Of a stretch of 64,000 nt of DNA, positions 50,834-60,808 are shown piece by piece; positions within the stretch are counted from its first letter, which is position 1, and the number at the start of each line of letters is the position of its first letter. Both the position numbers and the translations under genes were made by a program. Origin of the DNA: an uncultured Acidimicrobiia bacterium (GTDB lineage Bacteria; Actinomycetota; Acidimicrobiia; Acidimicrobiales; Ilumatobacteraceae); assembly GCA_963827075.1 (NCBI GenBank), contig CAWGZN010000002.1:54099-118098 (forward strand). The letters are read 5' to 3'. The notes beneath the pieces were generated by a model. That model did no database searches. It had not been told where the DNA came from and was given only the letters and a program-made list of their open reading frames with translations.

Positions 50834-52269
50834 CCGAACGGCCCCCGGTGCCAGGGGCCCCAGATCGCGACCGAGTACCCGCTGCTCGACTGGATGTTGA
50901 CGAACAGGGTCTGGAAGTCGGGGCTGAACCGGGCGCCGGCGAACTCCTGGCCGACCTGGCCGGCGTCGGCGTTGCGGGCGAACGTGAACAGCTCGCCGTC
51001 CTTCGTCAACCCGCGCAGGAAGTTGTCGCCGGCCCCGTCCTCACACAGCACGAGCGCCCCACGGCGGCTCACCGCGACGTTGTCGGGCAGGTCGAGCACG
51101 GTGTCCGACGGCGACTCGTAGACCAGCTCGAGCCGCTCCGCGCCGGGCTGGTACGACCACACCTGGCCGCGGCCGGTGCCGAAGCCGGTCGTGACGGGCG
51201 GCGTCCCGGCGCCGCCCTGCGTCGACGTGAAGAACACGCGACCACGCGACCACACGATGCCCTCCAGCCGGCTGAAGTGGGCCGCCCCCTGGGCCCGACC
51301 CTGGGCACCGACGGCGACGAGCGCCTGATCGTTCGTCGTGCCGGCGGCGAACGTCGGATCCGGATCGTCGATGTCGACCCACCGCACCCGGTAGCTCGTG
51401 CCCACGGGCTGGCCGAGCTGCAGCTGGGCGTTGGGCTGGTCGCGTACGGCAAGCATCTGCAGCCGCCCGCCGTTGGCGACGAATCCGTCCCGCCGGGGCC
51501 GGTTCGGGATCAGGTACCGGTAGAGACCGGACGGGAAGGCGAAGTTGTCCTCGGTGAGGTAGAGCACGCGCCCGGCGGCGTCGGACACCACCGCTTCGTG
51601 GGCGAAGCGCCCGGCCGACGTGATCGGCTCGGCGTCCGACACCCCGCCCGACGGCACCTCGAACACATAGCCGTGCTTGCGCAGCGTGTTGTTGGGGACG
51701 CCCGTGAAGTCAGGCCCGACGTCGGAGCCGTTGACCGTCTCTTCGCACGTCAGCCAGCTGCCCCACGGCGTCGGACCGCCGGCGCAGTTCATCTGGGTCC
51801 CGCTCAGCGACACCGTGGCGCCGAAGACGTTGCCCTGCCCGTCGACGTCGACGGTGACCGTTCCTCCCTTCGCCAGCGGGTCGTAGCCGCCATTGGCGGG
51901 GGTCCCGAGCACCGGCTCGGTGCCGCCGCCCGGTCCCGAGTTCCCGTTGATCTCGTGGTTGCGCACGAGGATCGTGCGACCGTTCGGTCCGGGGAACGCC
52001 GCCATCCCGTCGTGCCGGCCGGGCAGGACCGTGCCGTCGACGATCTCGCCCCGCGCGTGGAAGCTGCGGTACTGGAACCCGGCGGGAAGCTCGAGGCGGA
52101 CGACGTTGCCGCGCGGATCGACCACAGGGGCCAGCGGCCCGTACCCCGCGCTCCCCGGCCGCCCGCGTGCCGCGTGGGCCGCGAACCCCTCGAACGGGCC
52201 GGCCAGCGCCAGCCCGATGGCGCCCGCGGCGCCCCCCTTGAGCAACGTGCGACGACTGATATCGGTCAT
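50830..52269 (-). CDS. PhoX-family (DUF839) secreted phosphatase, Tat signal
   Basis: Intact 479 aa from the ATG at 52269, with a GGGGAGAGG Shine-Dalgarno sequence. Features are MTDISRRTLLKGGAAGAIGLALA, NCAGGPTPWGSWLTCEE, FAHEA and beta-propeller repeats. Confidence 0.85.
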   Translation of the reverse strand: MTDISRRTLLKGGAAGAIGLALAGPFEGFAAHAARGRPGSAGYGPLAPVVDPRGNVVRLELPAGFQYRSFHARGEIVDGTVLPGRHDGMAAFPGPNGRTILVRNHEINGNSGPGGGTEPVLGTPANGGYDPLAKGGTVTVDVDGQGNVFGATVSLSGTQMNCAGGPTPWGSWLTCEETVNGSDVGPDFTGVPNNTLRKHGYVFEVPSGGVSDAEPITSAGRFAHEAVVSDAAGRVLYLTEDNFAFPSGLYRYLIPNRPRRDGFVANGGRLQMLAVRDQPNAQLQLGQPVGTSYRVRWVDIDDPDPTFAAGTTNDQALVAVGAQGRAQGAAHFSRLEGIVWSRGRVFFTSTQGGAGTPPVTTGFGTGRGQVWSYQPGAERLELVYESPSDTVLDLPDNVAVSRRGALVLCEDGAGDNFLRGLTKDGELFTFARNADAGQVGQEFAGARFSPDFQTLFVNIQSSSGYSVAIWGPWHRGPFG

Positions 52270-52335
52270 AGGTGCCTCTCCCCTTCCCCCGGAGCCGCCG
52301 ACGTTAGCCGTCGATCGCCGTGGTTGAATGCCGCC

Positions 52336-53700
52336 ATGCACCGGTGGGACGAGAGCACCGACCTCCTCGCCCACTCGGTGATCGGCTACGCGATCGAGCG
52401 GCTCAAGATGTCGAAGGACCCCACGTGGGGCGCCCGCTCGGCCGAGCAGCTCGCCACCGCCCTCGACGGGGCGATCTGCCCCGAGGGCATCGGCGGTCAC
52501 GAGGCGCTCGCCCTCTTCCGCGACGTGCTGATGCACGCCTGCCGGCCGATGGACCACCCGATGAACCTCGGCCACGTGCCGACGGCGCCGACGCCGGCCG
52601 CGAACCTGTTCGATCTCGTCGTCAGCGCCTCGAGCATCTTCGCCGGGCTCTGGGAGTGCGGCGCCGGCGCGATCGCCGCCGAGAATCAGGCGCTGCGCTG
52701 GCTCGCCGGCCTGGCCGGTTTCCCCGACGGAGCGGGCGGCTGCTTCGTCACCGGCGGCTCGGCCGCCAACCTCTCGGCGCTGGCGACGGCGCGGCACCAG
52801 GCCCGGACCCGCCACGGGGATCCGCCGGGCGGCCGCTGGCGCTTCGCCACGACGGGTGAGACCCATGCGTCGGTCCACGCCGCGGCGCGGGTCATGGACG
52901 TCGACGTCGTGCTCGTCCCGCCGGACGAGCGCGGCCGGATGACGGGGCCCGCCCTGCGCGGGGCCCTCAGCGAGACCGGCACCGACGGGCTCTTCGCCGT
53001 CGTCGCCAACTTCGGCACCACCAACACCGGCGCGGTGGACGAGCTCGATCCGATCGCCGACGTCTGCCGCGAGCTCGACGTGTGGATGCACATCGACGCG
53101 GCGTATGGCGGCGCGGCACTGTGCGCGCCGTCGACGACGGAGGTCCGTGAGGGATTCGAGCGGGCCGACAGCTTCGGCGTCGATCCGCACAAGTGGTTGT
53201 TCGCGCCGTACGACTGCGCCGCCCTCCTGTACCGCGATCCGTTGCTCGCCGCCGGCGCGCACGCCCAACACGGCGCGTACCTCGACACGGTCAGTCGCGA
53301 GGAGTGGAACCCGAGCGACTTCTCCTTCCACCTCTCCCGCCGCGCCCGAGGCCTGCCGCTCTGGTTCAGCGTGGCGACGCACGGCACGGACGCCTACGCG
53401 ACGGCGGTCGAGACGACGCTGCAGACGACGCGCTGGCTCGCCGCCGAGCTCGACCGGCGGGACGGGTTCACGCTGCTCCTCGAGCCGCAGCTGTCGGTCA
53501 CGCTCTTCCGCGTCGAGGGATGGAACGACGACCGGTACCCGGCGTGGAGCACGAGCCGGGCCAAGGCCGGGCTCGCCCTCGTCCTGCCCACCACGTGGCG
53601 GGGCGAGCGCTGCTTCCGGGTCTGCATGGTGAACCCGCTGACGACGCCGGAGATGCTCACCGAGGTCCTCGACGACATGACCGGGTTCGGGCCCGGCTGA
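52336..53700 (+). CDS. Pyridoxal-phosphate-dependent group II decarboxylase (aromatic amino acid/glutamate decarboxylase-like)
   Basis: 454 aa from the ATG at 52336. Features are GGSAANLSAL, HIDAAYGG and the PLP-lysine motif SFGVDPHKWLFAPYDC. It is the real 3' part of the artefactual 1240-aa ORF. Confidence 0.85.
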   Translation: MHRWDESTDLLAHSVIGYAIERLKMSKDPTWGARSAEQLATALDGAICPEGIGGHEALALFRDVLMHACRPMDHPMNLGHVPTAPTPAANLFDLVVSASSIFAGLWECGAGAIAAENQALRWLAGLAGFPDGAGGCFVTGGSAANLSALATARHQARTRHGDPPGGRWRFATTGETHASVHAAARVMDVDVVLVPPDERGRMTGPALRGALSETGTDGLFAVVANFGTTNTGAVDELDPIADVCRELDVWMHIDAAYGGAALCAPSTTEVREGFERADSFGVDPHKWLFAPYDCAALLYRDPLLAAGAHAQHGAYLDTVSREEWNPSDFSFHLSRRARGLPLWFSVATHGTDAYATAVETTLQTTRWLAAELDRRDGFTLLLEPQLSVTLFRVEGWNDDRYPAWSTSRAKAGLALVLPTTWRGERCFRVCMVNPLTTPEMLTEVLDDMTGFGPG

Positions 53701-53709
53701 CGAGCGGTC

Positions 53710-54639
53710 CTACGTGCGCTCGTAGCGGCCGGCGAGCCGCGCCGGTCCCCCGTCGACCACCCGGACGGTGCCGTCGTCGACGAGCTTCGCCAAGTGCGCG
53801 AGGACGCTGCGGCCGGCGGCCTTGTGCAGCTCCTGGGCGACGTCCGCGTACAGCCGGGCGACGATCGCCGGGATCTCGTCGACGCCTTCACCGACGGCGT
53901 CGAGGATCTGGCGCTCACGGTCGAGGCGGTGGGCGACGAGCGCGTCGACGTAGCGCTGCGGGTTGGGGATGGACGGTCCGTGCGTCGGCCAGTAGGTCGC
54001 GTCGGCCCGTCCGGCGACCTTGCGCAGCGAGTCGACGTAGGCGGCCATGTCGCCGTCGGGCGGGGACACCACCGTCGTGCTCCACCCCATCACGTGATCG
54101 CCCGGGAAGAGCACGCGCTCTTCGGCGAAGGCGAAGCAGGTGTGGTTCGACGTGTGCCCGGGCGTGTGGACCGCGGTGATCGTCCAGTCCGGGCCGGTGG
54201 CGGCGACGTCGCCGTCGACCACCCGCACGTCCGGGGCGAAGGCGAGGTCGATCGCCTCCTCCACCTTCACCCCGTCGTCGAGCTCCTCGCTCACCTCGTC
54301 GTCGGCGGGCGGAGGGTGCGGACCGAAGGCGATCGTCGGCGCGCCCGTCTCCTCGCGCAACCACGCGGCGAGCGGGGAGTGGTCGCTGTGACAGTGGGTC
54401 ACGCAGATCGCCGTCACCCGTTCACCGTCGATGGCGGCGGCGAGCGCGTCGCGGTGCGAGTCCAGCGTGGGCCCGGGATCGACGACCACGACCTCGCCGC
54501 GACCCACGATGTACGTCCCCGTCCCGCGGTACGTGAACTTCGACGGGTTCTCGGCGATGACCCGCCGGATCATCGGTGAGACCTGGTCGACCCGTCCGTA
54601 CACGACGTCGTCGAGCGGGCGGAACTCAGGCCCGGTCAC
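53710..54639 (-). CDS. MBL-fold metallo-hydrolase
   Basis: 309 aa from the GTG at 54639 (GTGA overlap). It has THCHSDH, TPGHTSNH and a C-terminal winged-helix-like tail. Confidence 0.85.
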   Translation of the reverse strand: MTGPEFRPLDDVVYGRVDQVSPMIRRVIAENPSKFTYRGTGTYIVGRGEVVVVDPGPTLDSHRDALAAAIDGERVTAICVTHCHSDHSPLAAWLREETGAPTIAFGPHPPPADDEVSEELDDGVKVEEAIDLAFAPDVRVVDGDVAATGPDWTITAVHTPGHTSNHTCFAFAEERVLFPGDHVMGWSTTVVSPPDGDMAAYVDSLRKVAGRADATYWPTHGPSIPNPQRYVDALVAHRLDRERQILDAVGEGVDEIPAIVARLYADVAQELHKAAGRSVLAHLAKLVDDGTVRVVDGGPARLAGRYERT

Positions 54640-55569
54640 GGCGCTCCCACCAGCGCCCGCACCCGCCCGACCGGCTCGCCGTGGCCGAGGACGGGCTCGA
54701 CGAACGCATCGGCGTCGATGTCCACGCCGATCATCCGCAGCGCGGCGACCGTCACCGGCACCCGGGCCCGCTGGCTGCCGTCGGCGATCTTCACGGCCAC
54801 GGACCGGCCGTCGGGGAGAGCGGCGACCTGCACGCCCTCGGCGCCGTCCTTGACGAGCAGACCGGGTACCAGCCGCATCAGCATCGTGACGTCGCGGGTC
54901 GGTCCGCCGACCATCTCCGGGTAGCCGCGTCATCGCCCGGTGCACCTGGTGGTGCTCCACCGCGAGGCGACGCACGGCACCGGCCAGCCGGCTCAGGGAC
55001 ACGGTCGCCGCGGGCGCGCCGCAGCCGTCGACGCCGACGTGCTCGACCGGTCCGACCTCACGGGCGAGGTCGTCGAGGATCCGGTGCTGCACCGGGTGGT
55101 CGGGGGCGAGGTAGCCGGCGGTCGGCCAGCCGTTGACGACGGCGGTGGCGAGCATCCCGGCATGCTTGCCGCTGCAGTTCTGGGTGATCGACCTCGGCGG
55201 CTCGCCGGCGCGCGTCGCCGCGGTGCTCGCTTCGGGGTCGAGCGGGAGGGTGGGCGTGTTGGCGAGGTCGCTCGCGTCGAGGCCGGAGCCGGCGAGGATC
55301 TCCGTGACCGCGGCGATGTGCTCGGGCCGGCCGTCGTGACTCGCGCAGACCACGGCCAGCAGCCGGTCGTCGAGGTCGAGTCCCGCGCCGACCATGCTCG
55401 CGGCCTGCAGCGGCTTCAGCGCCGAGCGGGGGTAGATCACGGTGTCCGGGTCGCCGGCGGACCACACCACGTCACCGTCGGGGCCGAGGGCGACGACAGC
55501 GCCGCGATGGACGCTCTCCCGGAATCCGCTGCGCTCGGCGACCGCCACCGGCACGAACGGGTCGTTCAC
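54636..55569 (-). pseudogene. Asparaginase (asparaginase_II/PF06089-type); one frame switch
   Basis: SGFRESVHRGAVVALGPDG...PRSALKPLQA...CASHDG...NCSGKHAGMLA...VDGCGAP, then a switch near 54925, then ...GGPTRDVTMLMRLVPGLLVKDGAEGVQVAAL. Confidence 0.8.
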
Positions 55570-56789
55570 TTTTCCTGCGCCCGACGGATCCTCGCCGCGC
55601 GCTTCCACACCCGATGGTGCCGGACATCGGTCAGGTCGCTCTTGATCACCTGGTGACGGTCGCCGGTCTCGCTGATGATCGCCTGCGCCATCGCCGCCGC
55701 AGGCAGGGCGAGGATCGCGCCGATCGCGCCGAAGAGGGCGATCCCGCCGAGCGCGGCGCCGAACGCCAGGGCCGGGTGGACCTCCATCGTCCGGGCGGTG
55801 ATGCGGGGTGAGAACACGTAGTTCTCCACCTGCTGGTAGAAGACGATCGCGATCAGCACGACCGCCGCCTTGAACGGCGAGTCGAGGAACGTGAGCAGCA
55901 CCGGCAGGGCGCCGGCGAGGTACGTGCCGACGACGGGCAGGAACTGGCTGACGACGCCGACCCAGACCGCCAGCGCGACCGGAGCGGTGGTTCCGACGGA
56001 CTGGAAGACGATCCAGTGGAAGAACGCCGAGATCAGGGCCAGCAAGGCGCGCGAGTACAGGTAGCCGCCGGTCTTGGTGCCGGCCAGCTCCCAGATCGCG
56101 AGGACGCGCTCCTGCCGTGCGGGGGTGAGCCGGCTGCAGATCGCCCGGCGCATCTTCGGCCCATCGGCGACGAGGTAGAAGGTGAACAGCAGCACCGTCA
56201 GGATCTGCAGCATGACCCCGAGCGCGGCGACCGAGAGGTCGACGACTTCGTCCCGCTGGTCGCGGATGAACTCCTGGACCGCGCCGTTGGGGTCGTTGAA
56301 GTCGTCGATCACCTCCTCCGCGTCGAGATTGGTGCCGAACGTGTCGTTGACCGTGGTGACGGTGTCGGTGATGTACTGCTCAGAGTTCTCCAGCAGGTCG
56401 GCGACCTGGGAGAAGACGAGCGTGCCGATGGCAACGACGAAGACGGCAAACGCGAGCAGCGTGCCGAACAGGAGGAGCGCGGTTGCCGTGCCCCGTCTCC
56501 ACCCCCGGCGGCCGAGGCGGTTGACGCCGGGTTCGAGGGCGAGGGCGAGGAACACCGAGATCGCGAGGAGGAGGAAGAGACCGCTCAGCTGGCCCCAGAA
56601 GAAGCGCACGACGAGCGTGGCGAGGAACCCGGCCCAGAACACGACCACCGTCGGCACGACCCATCGGGGAACGCGACTCGACTCGCTCGCCGTCGACTCG
56701 TCCGCCGCGGCCGGCTCCGGCTCCGGGGTCACCGACTCGGGCTGCGGCCGCAGTGGACGCAGCTCGCCGGGTTCGGGTTCCCTGGCCAC
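55566..56789 (-). CDS. AI-2E family transporter (PerM/UPF0118)
   Basis: About 407 aa from the GTG at 56789. It has multiple TM segments and the conserved ...FLPVVGTYLAGALPVLL...QQVENYVFSPRI region. In this sequence it is fused in-frame to the upstream gene only because that gene's stop is lost. Confidence 0.8.
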   Translation of the reverse strand: MAREPEPGELRPLRPQPESVTPEPEPAAADESTASESSRVPRWVVPTVVVFWAGFLATLVVRFFWGQLSGLFLLLAISVFLALALEPGVNRLGRRGWRRGTATALLLFGTLLAFAVFVVAIGTLVFSQVADLLENSEQYITDTVTTVNDTFGTNLDAEEVIDDFNDPNGAVQEFIRDQRDEVVDLSVAALGVMLQILTVLLFTFYLVADGPKMRRAICSRLTPARQERVLAIWELAGTKTGGYLYSRALLALISAFFHWIVFQSVGTTAPVALAVWVGVVSQFLPVVGTYLAGALPVLLTFLDSPFKAAVVLIAIVFYQQVENYVFSPRITARTMEVHPALAFGAALGGIALFGAIGAILALPAAAMAQAIISETGDRHQVIKSDLTDVRHHRVWKRAARIRRAQEK

Positions 56790-56812
56790 GTGCGGAGCGT
56801 ATCGATGCGGTG

Positions 56813-58043
56813 TCAGGCCGCCGCGGCCACCCGTGCAACTGGCGCGCCAGATCAGACGGCACGGCAGCGGCGAGATCGCCGCGGTCCGTCTTGACCACGC
56901 CCGCCGAGACCGAGCCAGCCGGCCATCAGCTCCAGCTCGACGGCCAGCGCGGCTGCCGACCGTCGGCGGCGTCGATCGTCGGGCTCGCCGTGGACGGCCT
57001 GCACGAGCAGCTGGCCATTGGCCGCGGTCGGCCTTCAGGTCGACACGCGCCACGAGGCGGTCGCCGTGCAGGAACGGCAGGACGTAGTAGCCGTACACCC
57101 GCTTCGGGGGTGGGACATAGATCTCGATGCGGTAGCGGAACCCGAACAGCCGCTCGGTGCGGTCGCGGTTCCACACCAGCGAGTCGAACGGGCTGAGCAG
57201 CGCCCGACCATCGACGCGGCGCGGCAGCTTGGCGGCGGGATGGACGAAGGCCGGCTGCTTCCACCCTTCGACCTCGGCCGCGACCAGTCGGCCCTCCTCG
57301 ACGAGCTCAGCCACGAGCGGGCGACACGACGGGATGTCGTGGCGGTAGTAGTCGGAGAGGTCGCCCAGGGTGCCGACACCGAGAAACCGGGCCGCCAGCA
57401 CCAGCAGCTCCTTGCGGGCGTCGGACTCGGTCGGCGTCGGCGCGGCCAGCACATCCGCCGGCAGCACCCGCTCGGAAAGGTCGTAGACCCGCGCGAAGTC
57501 GTTCGACCGCCGGGTGACGGCGAGCTGACCGGTCACGAAGAGGTACTCGAGGGCGACCTTGGCGTCGTCCCAGTCCCACCACGGTCCCTTGCGACCCTCG
57601 CGCTCGCTGAGGTCGGCGGCGACGACCGGGCCGTTGTCGCGGATCCGGGTGACGACCTCGCCGAGGTAGCCGTTGCGGCTGGTTTCCATCTCCCTGATCA
57701 CGCGCCACGGGTGCCGGGACGGTTCCATCCGCCAGCGGAAGAGGCGATGATGGGCCGTCGGGATGTGCGAGGCCATGTGGCCCCAGTACTCGAACAACTC
57801 CCCCGCCCGCGTCGCATCGGGGATGAGCGTGCGCGGATGCGGTCCGAGGCGGGCGAACAGCGGCAGCTCCTGGCTGCGCGCCAGCACGTTCACCGAGTCG
57901 ATCTGGATCAGCCCGACGCGGTCGAGCACCCGCCGCAGGTGGCGGCGGTCGACCCGGCCCGCGGGACGCCGGTCCGTGAAGCCCTGGGCGGCGAGAGCCA
58001 TCCGGCGGGCCTCGTCGGCGCTCAGCTCGACGGTTGGGGCCAT
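56813..58043 (-). pseudogene. YcaQ/AlkZ-like winged-helix DNA glycosylase family (DUF1006); frame-disrupted at 3' end
   Basis: MAPTVELSADEARRMALAAQGF...VGLIQIDSVNVLARSQELPLFARLG...FEYWGHMAS...RIEIYVPPPKRVYGYYVLPFLHGDRLVARVDLKADR, then switches at about 57040-56830. The only reachable stop before the next gene is the TGA at 56813. Confidence 0.7.
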
Positions 58044-58047
58044 CGGG

Positions 58048-59342
58048 TCAGGCGAGTCCTTCCCGACGTCGGCAGAACTCGCCGACGGCGTCGACGAAGG
58101 CGTCGAGGTGTTCATCGGTGATGTCCATGCTCAGCGCGAGGTAGCCGCGCGGGGAGATGTAGAACCCGGCGTCGAGGAGGTCGTGGAAGATGAGCTCACG
58201 CCAGCGGGGATCGGCGGCGCGCAGGTCGGCGGGGGCGCGTACCGGGCCGGGGACGGGATGGACGTTCACGAGTGATCCCCACCCGGTCGCGGTGAACGGC
58301 AGGGGTGAGGCGGCGAACGCCGCGTTGAGCGCGTCGCGCAGCCCGTCGCCCCGCTTGTTGACCGCGGCGAGGGTGTCGGCGTCGACCAGCGACTCGTGCA
58401 CCGCCGCGCCGACGGCCATCGTGAAGGCGTTGTTGTTGAACGTGCCGCCGTGGGTGAGCCCGCCGGCATGCGGGTCGAAGGCGGCCATCAGGTCGCGCCG
58501 GCCGCCGAACGCACCGAACGAGAGCCCGCCGGCGAGGTACTTGCCGACCGTCGTCATGTCCGGAGTGATGCCGAGCAGTTCCTGCGCCCCGCCGACGGCG
58601 AGCCGCGAGGTCATCACCTCGTCGAAGATCAGCACGCGTGCCGCTTGCCTCGGTCACACGGCGCAGCGCGGCGAGGAACGCCGGGTCGCCGGGGATGCAC
58701 CCGGCCGCGCCCATCATCGGCTCGACGAGAACGCGGCCGTCGACGCGCCGTCGGCTGGCGAACTCCGTCTCGACGGCGGCGATGTCGTTGTACGGCAGCA
58801 CGGAGAAGTCGAACGGCGCCCGCAGCGGGCCGACCGCCCGGACCGAAGTAGAGCAGGCCGCCGTGGTACGCACCGTCGAACACGACGATCCGGTCGCGTC
58901 CTGTGGCGTGACGGGCGGTGAGCAGGGCCATGAGGTTGGCTTCGGTGCCCGGAGTTCGTGAAGCGCACCTGCTCGACGGACGGGAAGCGGGCCACGACGG
59001 CTTCGGCGAACGCCGCCTCCGGTTCGCTCATCGCGCCGTACGACCAGCCGCGGTCGAGCACGCCGCGGATCGACGTCGGCGACGTCGGGTGGCGACCGAG
59101 CAGGCCGGCGGAGTAGTCGCCGAGCAGGTCGACGTAGGTGTGACCGTCGGCGTCGTGGAGATGCGCGCCGTCGGCGCCGACGACCCGAAAGGCGAACGGC
59201 TCGATGTGGAGGACGGAGCGGGTGTTGCCACCGGGCATGACCGCCGCGGCCCGCGTCGGCCAGCTCACGGCTGCGCGGATGTTCGGCCACGTACGTTCGC
59301 GGTGGCCGCGGCGACGACGTCGTCGAGGGTGTTGCCGGTCAT
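58048..59342 (-). pseudogene. Class-III (GSA-aminomutase-like) pyridoxal-phosphate aminotransferase; 5' half heavily frame-disrupted
   Basis: The C-terminal 195 aa are intact ([17 protein letters not shown]...TVGKYLAGGLSFGAFGG). N-terminal segments ([64 protein letters not shown]) are spread over three frames between about 58630 and 59342. Confidence 0.8.
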
Positions 59343-59368
59343 CGACCGCCGACAATTACCGGCGGCGG

Positions 59369-60136
59369 TCAGACGGTCGGCCAGAGGTTGACGGTGGCGT
59401 GGATGCCGCCATCAGCCGAGATGATCTCGCCGGTGATCGCGCGGGAGGCGTCGGAGGCGAGGAACACGACCGTGTCGGCGACCTCCTCCGGGGTCGAGAC
59501 GCGTCGGGTCGGAATGACGTCGAGGACGGCGTCGGCGACGCCGGGCTTGGCGAGGTTCTCGTGCCACAGGTCGGTGTCGACGACGCCGGGCGCGACGGCG
59601 TTGGCGCGGATGCCGCGCGGCCCGTACTCCATCGCGAGGGCGCGGGTCATCCCGTCCAGCGCCGCCTTCGTCGCCGCGTACAACGCCCGTCGGGGCGCGC
59701 CGCGGCGCCCGCTGATCGAGCTGATCGACACGATCGATCCCGAGCCGCCCTGGAGCATCGCGGGGAGGACGGCGGCGGTGAGCAGGAGGGCGGCACGGAC
59801 GTTCACGTTCCACAGCCGGTCGGCCTCCTCGACCTGGATCCCCTCGCTTTCCTTGCGAACGGCGATGCCGGCGTTGTTCACGAGCACGTCGAGGCGCCCA
59901 TCGAAGGCGGCGAGCGCCGCGGCCGCGGCCGCGCCGGGACCCTCGGCGGTGCCGAGGTCGGTCGGGAGAACGACCGGGTCGTTGTCCAGATCGGCCGCGA
60001 CGGCACCGAGCAGTTCGGCGTCGCGGGCGACCAGCGCGACCCGGGCTCCTGCGGCGTCGAGGCCGCGGGCGACGGCGGCGCCGATCCCGCGGCTGGCGCC
60101 CGTGACGATCGCGGTGCGTCCGTCGAGCGCGCCCAC
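59369..60136 (-). CDS. SDR-family oxidoreductase (FabG-like)
   Basis: Intact 255 aa with TGASRGIG, NNAG and YAATKAAL motifs. Confidence 0.9.
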   Translation of the reverse strand: MGALDGRTAIVTGASRGIGAAVARGLDAAGARVALVARDAELLGAVAADLDNDPVVLPTDLGTAEGPGAAAAAALAAFDGRLDVLVNNAGIAVRKESEGIQVEEADRLWNVNVRAALLLTAAVLPAMLQGGSGSIVSISSISGRRGAPRRALYAATKAALDGMTRALAMEYGPRGIRANAVAPGVVDTDLWHENLAKPGVADAVLDVIPTRRVSTPEEVADTVVFLASDASRAITGEIISADGGIHATVNLWPTV

Positions 60137-60140
60137 GGGG

Positions 60141-60707
60141 TCAGTCGGCTTCGGTGATCGTGACGGAGTTGATGACGACGTCGTCGACCGGACGGTCGCC
60201 CGAGCCGGTCTTGACCCCCTGCATCTCGTCGAGCACGTCGAGGCCCTTCACGATCTGACCGAAGAGGCTGTACTGCGGCGGGAGGCGGACGCCGTCGCGG
60301 CCCGAGATCAGGAAGAACTGGCTGCCGTTGGTGTTGGGGCCGGCGTTGGCCATCGCGACCGACCCGATCTGGTAGTCGCCGGACTTGGGGAGCTCGTCGG
60401 CGAAGCGGTAGCCGGGCCCGCCGCGGCCGGTGCCGGTCGGGTCGCCGCCCTGGCACATGAACCCGTTGATGATCCGGTGGAAGATGACGCCGTCGTAGTA
60501 GTGGTGGAGGGCGAGGAACACGAAGTTGTTCACCGTCTGCGGTGCCTTCACCGCGTCGAGGGCGATGACGATCTCGCCGAGCGACGTGTCGAGCGTCGCC
60601 GTGTACCGCTTCGCGGGGTCGATCCCCATCGCCGGCGGCTCCGAGAACTGCTGACGTTGGGGCGCGGAACCATCGAGCGGCGGAAAGTCGGATGCCATGG
60701 CGGGCAC
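60141..60707 (-). CDS. Cyclophilin-type peptidyl-prolyl cis-trans isomerase
   Basis: Intact ORF with FHRIINGFMCQGGDPTGTGRGGPGY...MANAGPNTNGSQFF. The start is the GTG at 60707 or the ATG at 60698. Confidence 0.9.
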   Translation of the reverse strand: MPAMASDFPPLDGSAPQRQQFSEPPAMGIDPAKRYTATLDTSLGEIVIALDAVKAPQTVNNFVFLALHHYYDGVIFHRIINGFMCQGGDPTGTGRGGPGYRFADELPKSGDYQIGSVAMANAGPNTNGSQFFLISGRDGVRLPPQYSLFGQIVKGLDVLDEMQGVKTGSGDRPVDDVVINSVTITEAD

Positions 60708-60730
60708 CCTAACGGCCCACCCCTCCCTCC

Positions 60731-60808
60731 CCCATCTGGGCGCGATTCCTTCTCACGGACCGATCTGGGCGGCAATTCTTCTCAGCTGTTGAGAACATCC
60801 GCGCCCGG
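60731..60808. repeat. Family C element, copy C2 (right arm degenerate)
   Basis: CCCATCTGGGCGCGATTCCTTCTCACGGACCGATCTGGGCGGCAATTCTTCTCAGCTGTTGAGAACATCCGCGCCCGG. It overlaps the last ~18 codons and the stop of the DUF559 gene. Confidence 0.8.

Noticed and set aside
49978-53700. 1240-aa ORF on the plus strand
   Set aside because: It is a chimera. Only the first ~60 codons (crotonase N-terminus) and the last 454 codons (PLP decarboxylase from the ATG at 52336) are real. The middle is the low-complexity antisense of the PhoX gene.
55566-58115. 849-aa ORF apparently fusing a YcaQ-like protein to an AI-2E transporter
   Set aside because: The fusion exists only because frame switches near 57040-56830 remove the YcaQ stop. 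The two parts are unrelated families. A GTG start at 56789 and a reachable TGA at 56813 separate them.
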